From a virus (taxonomy: Duplodnaviria > Caudoviricetes), in the IMG/VR virus record IMGVR_UViG_3300020045_012448, positions 1 through 41,629 of that record: a stretch of 41,629 bases of DNA. The stretch is one strand, 5' to 3'. Shown here one piece after another: positions 9,276 through 18,843 of the stretch. The notes beneath the pieces are model-generated. The model ran no database searches, was not told the DNA's origin, and saw nothing but the letters and a program-made list of their open reading frames with translations. Position 1 is the first letter of the stretch, and each line of letters opens with the position of its first letter. A program made the translations under genes and the position numbers.

Positions 9276-9766
9276 AAATAGATGAACAATTAAAGGCGAG
9301 AAAATGGCTTTTTGCAAGCAATAATTGGCCTACACGCACGGCTGCAATCGCAGAAATTATCCCGCCCGAAGCGTCAATCATTGAACTTGGTGCCGGCATG
9401 TGTTTCTTGCACGAATTACTCCCCAACAATCCATACACCGGAATTGATAAAGAATTCTGGACGGACAAAATCATCAGGAAGGCAGATTTCAACGCCGGTG
9501 AATTCCCGGAGCTAGGAAAATTTGATGTGATCGTCTGCCAGGGCGTTCTGGAATACATCAAAGACCTTGAAAAGTTTTTGCTGGCTATTCACAAATACGG
9601 ACGCCGCCTGATTTTGAGTTATTACAACGGGCCGCAGTGCCCTGCGCGAAAAAATAAAATGAAATTTGTTTGGCTGGAAAATTTGCTTGAAAAAACGGGC
9701 TGGCTGCAAATACGCTCGCGTAATCTGACATTGCATCAGCGGCTTTATTTATTATTAAGAAAATAA
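9272..9766 (+). CDS. Class I SAM-dependent methyltransferase
   Basis: IIELGAG, YTGID, ADFN, FDVIVCQGVLEYI. Confidence 0.85.
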   Translation: MKIDEQLKARKWLFASNNWPTRTAAIAEIIPPEASIIELGAGMCFLHELLPNNPYTGIDKEFWTDKIIRKADFNAGEFPELGKFDVIVCQGVLEYIKDLEKFLLAIHKYGRRLILSYYNGPQCPARKNKMKFVWLENLLEKTGWLQIRSRNLTLHQRLYLLLRK

Positions 9767-9767
9767 A

Positions 9768-10502
9768 TTGAAATGTTACTGGTACAAAGAGAGCCTGCAC
9801 GCCAACCGCGCAATGAATTTCGGTGATCAGTTATCACCGGTCGTTCTTAATTATGTCCTCGGCAGAAAATTCAAACTTGCCGCGCGTAATGAGCACGGGA
9901 AATTGCTGGCAATCGGGAGTGTAATGTCCGCACTCCGTCCCGGCGATGTCGTCTGGGGATCTGGCGCGATCAAGAATCGTCCATTGCAGATTTATCCAGG
10001 CAATAAATTTCTCGCAATTCGCGGGCCAATGACGGGAGCATTGCTTAAACTCGCTGGAGGTGAAGACCCGGGAGTCTACGGCGATCCGGCCTTGTTGTTG
10101 CCGTTGATCTACCAGGCCAAAATCCAGAAGACTGGAGAGGTCGGCATATTGCCGCATTATGTCGATAAAAGCGCTAAGATACCGCTTCAAACTGGCGAGC
10201 ATTACCGCATGATTGACATAACCGCCCCTTGGCCGGAAGTCGTTGACAATATTTGCGCGTGCAGTATGATTCGGACGTCTGCACTACATGGAATAATCGC
10301 CGCAGAAGCATACGGAATCCCTGTAATGTGGGAGCGATATTCGGACAAAATCATTGGTGGCGAATTCAAGTTCCAAGATTATTTCTTAGGCACTGGTCGC
10401 CTAAAACAAATACCTGGCCATTTCACGCAGCCGCTGGAGAATTTGCGTGCTATACAGAACAAGCTTATTGAAGTCTTAAAAAAATATTATGCAAAAGATT
10501 GA
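9768..10502 (+). CDS. Polysaccharide pyruvyl transferase family protein (ExoV-like)
   Basis: NFGDQLSP, AIGSV, VWGSG, AIRGPMT, GDPALLLP, GILPHY, SALHGIIAAEAYGIP. Confidence 0.88.
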   Translation: MKCYWYKESLHANRAMNFGDQLSPVVLNYVLGRKFKLAARNEHGKLLAIGSVMSALRPGDVVWGSGAIKNRPLQIYPGNKFLAIRGPMTGALLKLAGGEDPGVYGDPALLLPLIYQAKIQKTGEVGILPHYVDKSAKIPLQTGEHYRMIDITAPWPEVVDNICACSMIRTSALHGIIAAEAYGIPVMWERYSDKIIGGEFKFQDYFLGTGRLKQIPGHFTQPLENLRAIQNKLIEVLKKYYAKD

Positions 10503-11379
10503 TGTCGTCTACATCTTAGGTCGCGGAAGTTGCTGGAATGATAACGAGTTGCGTTACTCGCTCCGCAGCATTTCAAAATATTTCCCTGCAGCGGGTCGGG
10601 TTTTTCTAATCGGCGAAAAACCCGAATGGGTGCAGGGAGTAATCCACATCCCGGCTCCGGATAAGTTTGATAATAAGGTTCTGAACGCGAGAGTGAAATA
10701 TACTATTGCGGCCGAAGATCCGCGCGTCAGCAAAGACTTTGTGCTGATGAATGATGATATTTTCTTTCTCAAAACGGTAAATGACATCCCGAATTATAGT
10801 CGCGGCAAAATGGCGGAAATGATTGAGAGGCATCCAACACACAACGGCTATTATTACCACACTCTCAAGGATACTTACCGACGGCTTGATGCTATGGGAA
10901 TTCCAGATGCGATTGATTTTGAGGTGCATTGCCCTATTATTTTTAATAAAGAAAAATTGTTGTCAGTAATGGGGATGATCGGAACAGCGAAACCTTATTC
11001 TATACGCTCGGCATACGGGAATTTGATGCGATTAGAGCCGAAACATACGCGAGATTTTAAGGCCGCAAACATGATGGAATTTGCACTGCAGCACATGAAT
11101 CCGTTTAGTGGTTTTCTCTCAATTAATGATGCGGTCGTAGCGGATGAAGGCTTCCGTGACTGGATGCATACGAGATATCATCGCATATCAAAATACGAAA
11201 TTGATGAAAGGGGCTTAGGAATTTTGCCGGGCCGACCGATTTATGCGCGCCGATATTCCGCGCGGAAAAGCTTTGTTTATGGCAAGAATAAATATCAGCC
11301 AGGAGATATCATTACTTCGCCAGACATTGAAACCATCAAAAACACGCCAAAGCTCGCGGATTGCTGGATGTGGCGCTGA
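10489..11379 (+). CDS. Stealth-family sugar-phosphate transferase
   Basis: IDVVY, ELRYSLRSI, P.W, FVLMNDDIFF and EVHCP match Stealth conserved regions. Confidence 0.72.
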   Translation: MQKIDVVYILGRGSCWNDNELRYSLRSISKYFPAAGRVFLIGEKPEWVQGVIHIPAPDKFDNKVLNARVKYTIAAEDPRVSKDFVLMNDDIFFLKTVNDIPNYSRGKMAEMIERHPTHNGYYYHTLKDTYRRLDAMGIPDAIDFEVHCPIIFNKEKLLSVMGMIGTAKPYSIRSAYGNLMRLEPKHTRDFKAANMMEFALQHMNPFSGFLSINDAVVADEGFRDWMHTRYHRISKYEIDERGLGILPGRPIYARRYSARKSFVYGKNKYQPGDIITSPDIETIKNTPKLADCWMWR

Positions 11380-11399
11380 TTATTTTTTAATAATTCCCT

Positions 11400-11597
11400 A
11401 TGGCGAAAAAAGAATGTTCAAAATGTGATATGGTCTACGGTGTCCATTATTGTAATGACTGTCATCTGCGCATACAGCCGGAAACATGCAAAATATACAA
11501 TGGGATTTGTGGTGACTGCAGAGCAGCCGCCCGTGGCGAATTCGGAACACCTCGAAATAAAATGATGCGCGCGCCAATAACCAAAGAATCAAATTAA
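11400..11597 (+). CDS. Small Cys-rich zinc-binding protein
   Basis: CSKC, CNDC and CGDC motifs. Confidence 0.6.
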   Translation: MAKKECSKCDMVYGVHYCNDCHLRIQPETCKIYNGICGDCRAAARGEFGTPRNKMMRAPITKESN

Positions 11598-11623
11598 TTC
11601 TTATCCTTAACCACGAAAAAACC

Positions 11624-12064
11624 ATGAAAAAATATATAATCGCAGTTACAATCGGGCTTTGCTGCATAGTTTTTATTCCCACTGCACACGCATTGGCGCT
11701 GGGTTCCGGCGGGGATTTGAAGTGCAAAATCTGGCATGTTAGCGATGGCGTGTTGAGCGACTGGAGTCAGTATTGTCAATCCGATCCCACGGCAAAAGAA
11801 GAGCATGCACGTCTTTATGCCCTTGAGGTCGCCGTGAATGAACTGCAGGCGCAGAATAAAGCGCTGCAAAATCAGATCAGCGGAAAGCCTGTTAGTGTTT
11901 GCTCTCCGACAGTCCAGACGGTAACGGTTGCGACTGATAATCTGCGCATTGCTGCGCTTGAAAAGAGAATAGGCAAAACTGAACTGGATATCCGGTCGCT
12001 TGTGCGATCAATCAAAACAATTACTGACACGCTTGCATATTTCAAGAATTTTCTAAAAAAATAA
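11624..12064 (+). CDS. Secreted or membrane-anchored coiled-coil protein
   Basis: Signal-peptide-like N-terminus MKKYIIAVTIGLCCIVFIPTAHA followed by two heptad segments. Confidence 0.65.
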   Translation: MKKYIIAVTIGLCCIVFIPTAHALALGSGGDLKCKIWHVSDGVLSDWSQYCQSDPTAKEEHARLYALEVAVNELQAQNKALQNQISGKPVSVCSPTVQTVTVATDNLRIAALEKRIGKTELDIRSLVRSIKTITDTLAYFKNFLKK

Positions 12065-12066
12065 TT

Positions 12067-13431
12067 ATGAAAATTACTTGGAAAAATGATCGAAGAAAAG
12101 TTAAGGATCTGATTCCCGCTGATTACAATCCGCGTTTGCTGACCGAGAAAGATAGGCATGATCTGGAACAAAGCATCCAAAGATTCGGAGATGCTGACCC
12201 GGTCATAGTCAACGCTGGTACACGCGCGAATGTTCTGATCGGCGGGCATCAGAGGGTTATGATTTACGCAGATCTCGCATGGGATGAGATTGATGTCCGA
12301 GTCCCAGAACGCGAATTAACAATCGCCGAAGAAACGGAACTCAATATCCGCCTGAATAAGAATACGGGGCACTGGGATGAGGATAAGTTAAGGCTTTTTG
12401 ATCAAGGTTTCTTGTTGGGCGTGGGATTCGATAAAGTGGAAATGTCGCGTATCTTTGACAAAGCCGAAGCAAAAGACGACGCCTTTGATCCTGACAGCGC
12501 TCGGAAACAGAAAGCCGAAGCAAAAGACGACGCCTTTGATCCTGACAGCGCTCGGAAACAGAAAGCCGAAGCAAAACTTGGCGACGTTTTTGAACTTGGT
12601 CAGCATCGGCTTATGTGTGGCGACGCAACAAGCGCAGAGGATGTTGCAAAACTCATGAATGGCGAAAAAGCACAAATGGTTTTTACGGATCCCCCGTATA
12701 ATGTCGATTATCAGGGTGGCATGAACATCAAACGCGAGGGAATAATGAATGATGCAATGACGCCGGAATATTTTTATGAATTTTTGCGCAAATCATGCGT
12801 GAATATGCTCGCACATTGTATCGGCGGCGTTTATATCTGCATGAGTAGTTCGGAATTGCACACGCTCAAAATGGCTTTTGAGTCCGCTGGCGGACATTGG
12901 CAGACGTTTATTGTTTGGATTAAAAACAATTTCACGATGGCACGATCCGACTATCAACATATTTATGAGCCTATTCTGTATGGTTGGAATAAAGAAATTA
13001 ATAATCATTACTTCAATCAGGCGCGCAACATTCCAAATGCGTGGGAGGATTTACGAGAAATGAAAACGGTCTTTGACGGCGAACATACGACAATTAAATT
13101 CCAAGGCTTTGAAGTAAAAATCAAGGGCAGGGTGGAGGGGCAAATTAAGCGCAAAAAACAAGTAACGGACATCTGGCGCTATGATAAGCCGTCCGTGAGC
13201 AAAGAGCATCCGACAATGAAGCCGATTGCTCTTTGCGAAGAGGGTATAAAGAATAGTTCGCTCATTGGTGATATTGTCCTTGATTGTTTCGGTGGTTCCG
13301 GAAGCACGCTTGTTGCGGCCGAGCGCATGGGCCGTCGGTGCTTCATGATGGAACTGGATCCGCATTATATTGATGTGATTATTTTCAGGTGGGAACAGGC
13401 CACTGGCATGAAAGCAAAAAAGATAACATAA
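12067..13431 (+). CDS. ParB-like domain fused to an N4/N6 DNA methyltransferase
   Basis: LIPADYNPR, LIGGHQR, HRLMCGDAT, VFTDPPYN, HPTMKP, VLDCFGGSGSTL. Confidence 0.92.
   Translation: MKITWKNDRRKVKDLIPADYNPRLLTEKDRHDLEQSIQRFGDADPVIVNAGTRANVLIGGHQRVMIYADLAWDEIDVRVPERELTIAEETELNIRLNKNTGHWDEDKLRLFDQGFLLGVGFDKVEMSRIFDKAEAKDDAFDPDSARKQKAEAKDDAFDPDSARKQKAEAKLGDVFELGQHRLMCGDATSAEDVAKLMNGEKAQMVFTDPPYNVDYQGGMNIKREGIMNDAMTPEYFYEFLRKSCVNMLAHCIGGVYICMSSSELHTLKMAFESAGGHWQTFIVWIKNNFTMARSDYQHIYEPILYGWNKEINNHYFNQARNIPNAWEDLREMKTVFDGEHTTIKFQGFEVKIKGRVEGQIKRKKQVTDIWRYDKPSVSKEHPTMKPIALCEEGIKNSSLIGDIVLDCFGGSGSTLVAAERMGRRCFMMELDPHYIDVIIFRWEQATGMKAKKIT
12460..12576 (+). repeat. Perfect 51-bp in-frame tandem repeat (2.3 copies)
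   Basis: AAAGCCGAAGCAAAAGACGACGCCTTTGATCCTGACAGCGCTCGGAAACAG x2 plus 15 bp; encodes KAEAKDDAFDPDSARKQ. Confidence 0.97.
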
Positions 13432-13442
13432 TTGAAATACTT

Positions 13443-13925
13443 ATGATGATTATAGACCCACAAAAATTTGATTTTCGTTATCAGGGCGAGAGCAATGCGT
13501 GCGCAGCATTCGCCTGCTGGCATGCGTGGAGAATTATGCGACCGGAGGCGGCCGCAACTTCCACGCCCATTGCGTTGCATCGGCTTGAATTGCTGAAGCG
13601 ATACCCAAAAGCCGTTTATAGTCCGAAAAAGTCATCCTCAATTTATGGCATCATGAACGCGATGATGGATTTTCGTTATATCTCTGGATTCAGCCGGTTC
13701 CATGGTTGCGATATGGCAATCGTGGAACAAAAACTCCAGCAAAAAATACCTTTGATCGCAGAGAATTTTGTAAAAAACGATGATATCGTGACGCAAAATC
13801 ACGCGGTAGTAATCATCGGGATTCAGGATGATTTGCTAGTGGTTCTTGATTCCGCTCTGGCGATTGCTCGCATTCGTAGAATTAAGCCACAAGCCATATC
13901 AGATTTTTTTGAACTTCAATTCTAA
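13443..13925 (+). CDS. Papain-fold cysteine peptidase (C1/C39-like)
   Basis: YQGESNACAAFA (Q...C), NHAVVIIG (H), VVLDSA (D). Confidence 0.72.
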   Translation: MMIIDPQKFDFRYQGESNACAAFACWHAWRIMRPEAAATSTPIALHRLELLKRYPKAVYSPKKSSSIYGIMNAMMDFRYISGFSRFHGCDMAIVEQKLQQKIPLIAENFVKNDDIVTQNHAVVIIGIQDDLLVVLDSALAIARIRRIKPQAISDFFELQF

Positions 13926-14473
13926 TGATTAGTCGCGGATTAAAATATTGCCTTACGAACACACAACAAGAACGCACGCGAATAATGAAGGCGGAATTTT
14001 TGAAACATTTCAAAAAAAGCTATGGTGTGATTCAGCGAGTTTGTGACGATATAGGCATTGATCGCACAACGTTTTACGACTGGAAAAAAGATGATCCACA
14101 ATTTACGGCTGCCGTGCAGACGGCCGAGATTGAACGCAACGATTCCGTTGAGGATGCTCTTTTTGCTCTAATTGCGAATGGCGATGGTGCATGCATTCGT
14201 TTTTATTTGGGCCGAAGAAACCCGTTATATACACAAAAAGTAGTTAATAAAGTGTATACTGGTGAGCGAACACTGGAGGATTTATTGGATGAGTATCAAA
14301 CTGCCGATGAGAATGTTGCCGGACAACAAGCTGTTGATAGAGCGACTGTTCAAGATTCGGAACAAGCGCGGGGAACAGGTGCCATTTCTGTTGAACACAG
14401 CGCAGAATTATTATTGGAAAAAAAAGACTCGCCGAAATCTGATAGTGAAGGGTCGGCAGAAGGGACTAAGTAA
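13925..14473 (+). CDS. Terminase small subunit (HTH)
   Basis: GVIQRVCDDIGIDRTTFYDWKKDDPQF HTH, VEDALF, and position directly before TerL. Confidence 0.8.
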   Translation: MISRGLKYCLTNTQQERTRIMKAEFLKHFKKSYGVIQRVCDDIGIDRTTFYDWKKDDPQFTAAVQTAEIERNDSVEDALFALIANGDGACIRFYLGRRNPLYTQKVVNKVYTGERTLEDLLDEYQTADENVAGQQAVDRATVQDSEQARGTGAISVEHSAELLLEKKDSPKSDSEGSAEGTK

Positions 14474-15791
14474 GATTATTGATGCGGATCAGCTCACAGA
14501 CTGCGTCAAAAAAAGTACAAACGCAGTCGTCGTAAGCCATGAACAGGCTGCGACCAAGCGTCTATTTGCCGCAGTCAGTTATTACGTTGAAAACCTGACC
14601 ATCAAGCCAGAGATGTCAATTGATTCGGCTTCGGAAATGAAATTTCCTAAACGCGGATCAACCTATTTTATTGGAACGGCCGGGCAGAAGGCATTCGGAC
14701 GTGGCGATACCGTTGACCGTGCGCATTTATCCGAGGCTGCATTTTATCCGAATCTTGAGAATACACTCAACGGCATACAAGAAGCAGCAGAATTTGGACA
14801 GGTGGACATTGAAACAACGCCGAATGGCCACGACGAAATTTACGACATGTGGCAAAAAGCGAAGTCTGGGAAATCTGCTTATACCGCTATTTTTATTCCG
14901 TGGTTCATTGACCAGGAATACAGCGTAGAGAACATGACCGAAAAAGAAGTCACGGGACTTTCTGATGGTGTCCGTGCGATGTTTGCAATCCCGGATGACG
15001 AATTTATCGCGCATCTGGATGAAGAAGAGCGGAATCTCGTGGCGCGCGTGGCCCGCGAATGGAATATTTTATTGACGGCGGGGATGCTGAAATGGCGGCG
15101 CGCAAAGATTTGGGATATGGGAGAGCGCTTTTATCAGGAATATCCGGAGGATGATGTTAGTTGTTTTCTGCAGTCTGGCCGCTCCGTTTTTAATCATGTT
15201 ATCGTTGATCCATCGCGGCAGATTCCGCTTGATGATTTGGATTCTTGGAATGCGACAGATGCGGAAAAGGCGGCTCTTAAAACACGTCAGCTTTACGCAG
15301 GGCTGGACGGCGCTGAAGGAACCGAGCATGGCGACGCGCATTCTTTTGCTGTAATTGATCCGGGTGAGAAGCAGGCATCGGTAATTTTTGACTATACAAG
15401 TAATGAGCCAATCAATATTTTTGATGAAAAGATCGCGCGAATTATGCTGAATTATAATATTGAGCTTGGCGTAGAGAATAACAGCGTGGGGCGTGCGCAT
15501 TGCGAACGCCTTGAATTGCTGGAAGTTTCGTTCACGGAATTTCACACAGGCGCGAATAATCGCCCTACCATAATCACTGACCTCGAAGAGGCATATCGCA
15601 AGGAGATGCTAATTGAGAGCTATCCCGAAGCGGCAAATGAATTGAGGAGCGTGATTTATACAGATAAAAAAACAAGTTCAAGTGCGCTCCGCGCAGAGGC
15701 GGGCAAGGGTAAGCATGACGACCGAGTATTTGCCCGTATCATCGCATGGCAGAAGTTGCAGGAGCCAACTCCCGGCATTTCATTTCTATGA
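14289..15791 (+). CDS. Terminase large subunit
   Basis: FLLNTAQ, KGRQKGLS, AHLSEAAF, IETTPNG, FIPWF, QEYPED, GLDGAEG, GKHDDRV. GGAGG precedes the ATG at 14289. Confidence 0.93.
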   Translation: MSIKLPMRMLPDNKLLIERLFKIRNKRGEQVPFLLNTAQNYYWKKKTRRNLIVKGRQKGLSKIIDADQLTDCVKKSTNAVVVSHEQAATKRLFAAVSYYVENLTIKPEMSIDSASEMKFPKRGSTYFIGTAGQKAFGRGDTVDRAHLSEAAFYPNLENTLNGIQEAAEFGQVDIETTPNGHDEIYDMWQKAKSGKSAYTAIFIPWFIDQEYSVENMTEKEVTGLSDGVRAMFAIPDDEFIAHLDEEERNLVARVAREWNILLTAGMLKWRRAKIWDMGERFYQEYPEDDVSCFLQSGRSVFNHVIVDPSRQIPLDDLDSWNATDAEKAALKTRQLYAGLDGAEGTEHGDAHSFAVIDPGEKQASVIFDYTSNEPINIFDEKIARIMLNYNIELGVENNSVGRAHCERLELLEVSFTEFHTGANNRPTIITDLEEAYRKEMLIESYPEAANELRSVIYTDKKTSSSALRAEAGKGKHDDRVFARIIAWQKLQEPTPGISFL

Positions 15792-15818
15792 TTGACAATC
15801 ACGGAGAAGTGCTATAAT
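15792..15818 (+). promoter_or_regulatory. Consensus promoter, probably giving a leaderless portal mRNA
   Basis: TTGACA-N15-TATAAT with TGn extension; the ATG at 15826 follows the -10 box after a 7-nt gap. Confidence 0.7.
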
Positions 15819-15825
15819 GCGGGCA

Positions 15826-18024
15826 ATGAAGCTTTTGGATAAATTTTTTAAAGCAAAAAAGGAAAAAGATTTCGGCGCTACTCGCACAGAGGGCGGCATA
15901 GAATTGTTGCGCAGATTAACCGGTCAGGATTTTTCAGAAAAGGGAATGTTGGAAAGATACAGCAAATCAATCTATGTTTTTGCGTGTATTAACGCAATCG
16001 CTCAAAAGACAGCAAGCATTGATTTTAAGTTTTACCAAATCCTGAATAGTGCTGGAGACACAAAAGAAATCGTGACGCATCCTGCTGTTGATTTAATTTA
16101 CCGTCCAAATCCATTCCAAACAAAAACGGAATTTTTGGAAATCACTATCATAAACTTGAAATGCACTGGACAGGCGTTCTGGTACAAGGTGCGCAATGCA
16201 AGCGGTAAAATTGTGGAGATATGGAATCTGCGTCCGGATATGATGCGCGTAGTCCCTGATCCTGTAAAATTCATCAAAGAATATCGGTTCACGAAAAGCG
16301 ATGGCGCTGAAGTTGTTTTTATGCCCGAAGAAATTATTCACTTGAAATATCCGCATCCATTAAGCCCATATGCTGGGCTTAGCCCAATGGTTCCAGCGCA
16401 AGGTCGCATACAGACTGAAGAATATGCGGCGCAATATCAGCGTGATTTCTTTTTGAACAACGCGCGCCCGGATGCCGTATTGAAGAATGCTGGTAAAAAA
16501 ATGACAGAAGCGCAGAGAAAAGATCTCAAAGATGGTTGGAGTAAGCAGCATGAAGGTGTCGGCAATAATTCAAAAATTGCAATCTTGGATGGTGGGCTTG
16601 AGTATCAGCTTATAGCGCTCACTCAAAAGGAAATGGATTATATTGAGAGTATGAAGTTTACGCGCGATGATATCCTCGTTGCGTTTCATGTCCCGAAGCC
16701 AATCGTTACGGTCGTGGAGGATGTGAATCGCGCAAATAGCGAAACGGCAATGTTCATTTTTCTTTCTGAAACGATAAAGCCGGAAGTGAAACGGCTTGTA
16801 GAAAAGCTGAATGAGCAATTAATCTATCCAGATTTCGGCGAGGAGTATTATTTGGATTTTGATGATCCAACGCCGCAGGATAAAGAATATATGCTTAGAG
16901 AGGATGACACGCTGGTGCGCGCGAATATACGCCTGATTAACGAAGCCAGAGCAAGACGTGGTGACCCGCCAATTCGTGGTGGATGGAGTATTTACGGATC
17001 ATTAGTCACTGTTCCAATCGGTGGATTGTCTTCCTTGGACACGCCAGCGGCGAAAAAACTGATGGATATGATTCAAAAAGACAGTGATGCGAACGAAAAA
17101 CTGCTTACAGAAGCAAAATTGAGCGGGAAAAAATATGAATTCCGCGGACGTTATCAGCTCAAACAAAAATTTATCATGTTTGAAATGATGCAAAAACGGC
17201 TTAAGGATGTAGAGAATTTGGAATTGACGTTGAGGAAATTGCCAAAAAAGAAGATGGTTAAAAAGAAGACATGGAAACCGATTCTGCAGACCCCTGAGAT
17301 GAAGGCGATTTATGCCAATCTAATCAATAAAACAATTGATTCGCAAAGTGCAAAACTTAAAGAGGATTCAAACCATTTTTTTGAGGGGCAGATGCACCGC
17401 GTACTTGGCGAACTGGCAAAGAGAAAATCGAAGACAACCGCGAAGAAATTGGATGCAGCTGCAATTTTGAAATATGACAAAGAGGTTGAGCTAAGCATCA
17501 AATTTATCATACCTTTTATTGATAAATATTTGAATGATGCGGGAACCGCAGCGCTTGCGATGCTCGCGCCGCAGGAGGATTTTACCGCGAGTGCAATTGT
17601 TCAAAAAAAGATTGTGGAGCGTGCGAAATTTTTTGCAGTATCGGTGAACAGTACAACTTTGCAAAAATTGGACTCAACACTCGCCGAGGGTATCGCGGCA
17701 AGTGAAGGAATTGCAGATTTAACGGATCGCGTGAAAGAGGTTTATCAGGATTTTCCCATATATCGCAGTGAGATGGTAGCCAGAACAGAGGCTACAAATG
17801 CCAACAATGAAGGTGCGGTTGAGGGTTTTAGACAATCCAATATCGCAACCGGAAAGGAATGGATTAATGCTGGGGACAATCGTGTACGTGATGAGCATTT
17901 GGATCAATCCGAGGGCGGCGTGGGCGGAGAAATCGTTCCGCTTGATGATGTATTCTCTAATGGGTTAGAATTCCCTAGTGAAATAAATTGCCGGTGCGTA
18001 GTCGGGCCAGCATTTCTTGAGTGA
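15826..18024 (+). CDS. HK97-family portal fused to a phage Mu F-like head morphogenesis domain
   Basis: VFACINAIA, RPNPFQT, EEIIHLKY, FFLNNARP, AFHVPKP. C-terminus ARTEAT, KEWINAGDNRVRDEH, INCRC. Confidence 0.92.
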   Translation: MKLLDKFFKAKKEKDFGATRTEGGIELLRRLTGQDFSEKGMLERYSKSIYVFACINAIAQKTASIDFKFYQILNSAGDTKEIVTHPAVDLIYRPNPFQTKTEFLEITIINLKCTGQAFWYKVRNASGKIVEIWNLRPDMMRVVPDPVKFIKEYRFTKSDGAEVVFMPEEIIHLKYPHPLSPYAGLSPMVPAQGRIQTEEYAAQYQRDFFLNNARPDAVLKNAGKKMTEAQRKDLKDGWSKQHEGVGNNSKIAILDGGLEYQLIALTQKEMDYIESMKFTRDDILVAFHVPKPIVTVVEDVNRANSETAMFIFLSETIKPEVKRLVEKLNEQLIYPDFGEEYYLDFDDPTPQDKEYMLREDDTLVRANIRLINEARARRGDPPIRGGWSIYGSLVTVPIGGLSSLDTPAAKKLMDMIQKDSDANEKLLTEAKLSGKKYEFRGRYQLKQKFIMFEMMQKRLKDVENLELTLRKLPKKKMVKKKTWKPILQTPEMKAIYANLINKTIDSQSAKLKEDSNHFFEGQMHRVLGELAKRKSKTTAKKLDAAAILKYDKEVELSIKFIIPFIDKYLNDAGTAALAMLAPQEDFTASAIVQKKIVERAKFFAVSVNSTTLQKLDSTLAEGIAASEGIADLTDRVKEVYQDFPIYRSEMVARTEATNANNEGAVEGFRQSNIATGKEWINAGDNRVRDEHLDQSEGGVGGEIVPLDDVFSNGLEFPSEINCRCVVGPAFLE

Positions 18025-18043
18025 AAAAATTTAAAAAATTGAT

Positions 18044-18820
18044 ATGAAAAAGAAACTACTTTCGGCGCAAAACAACATTAAGCGGATCATGATATTTTCC
18101 GTCAAAAGTGTTGATGAACAGGCACACACGGTTGAGGGGGAATTTTCGCATCAGGTTGAGGATAGACAGGGCGATGTCGTAATTCAATCTGGATGGGATC
18201 TAAAAAACTATCTGACAAATCCAGTAGTGTTATGGGCGCATCAGCACATGGAGTTCCCAATCGGACAGATGATTGAGATTGGCGTAAATGCTGAAAATAT
18301 TCTTGTCGGGAAAATTAAATTTGCCGTTGGAGAATATGAAAAAGCTGCAACAGCTTTTGCGCTGGTCAAAGGCGGATATCTCCGTGCTTTCTCAGTCGGA
18401 TTCAATAATAAAAAATATGAGATTGATAGGGAAAATGACATTTATATTCTCAACGAAAATGAACTCTACGAAGTTTCCGTCGTGAATGTAGGGGCTGATC
18501 AGTTAGCCCTCGCAAAATCCAAAGGCATCATCACCGAGGCTGAAGAAAATGAAATCAAATCCTTGACCTCCGAAGAAAGCAGTGCTACAAATAAGACCGA
18601 AAGCGCAGTCAGATTGCTTTCAAAAGAAAAAAAGGAAACCATACGCTCAGCCATCAGGGCTTTAACCGAAGCGCTGAATACTGGTGCGGAAGCCGATATA
18701 AAAGAAGTTGGAAAAAAGGTCGAACACTCCTCGCAAGAGGGCGGCATCAAAAAAATTCCGGTTGCGATTATCAACAGTTGCGTCAAAGAGCTGCTGAAAA
18801 TCAAAAAAACTCAAACCTGA
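18044..18820 (+). CDS. HK97-family prohead protease
   Basis: DRQGDVV, NPVVLWAH, PIG, RAFSVGF, ELYEVSVVNVGA. Confidence 0.93.
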   Translation: MKKKLLSAQNNIKRIMIFSVKSVDEQAHTVEGEFSHQVEDRQGDVVIQSGWDLKNYLTNPVVLWAHQHMEFPIGQMIEIGVNAENILVGKIKFAVGEYEKAATAFALVKGGYLRAFSVGFNNKKYEIDRENDIYILNENELYEVSVVNVGADQLALAKSKGIITEAEENEIKSLTSEESSATNKTESAVRLLSKEKKETIRSAIRALTEALNTGAEADIKEVGKKVEHSSQEGGIKKIPVAIINSCVKELLKIKKTQT

Positions 18821-18843
18821 ATTTTTTTAATTCCAAATATTAT

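Noticed and set aside
12067-12460. ParB domain as a plasmid partition system
   Set aside because: ParB-like domains fused to methylases next to terminase genes are common in phages, and no ParA was seen.
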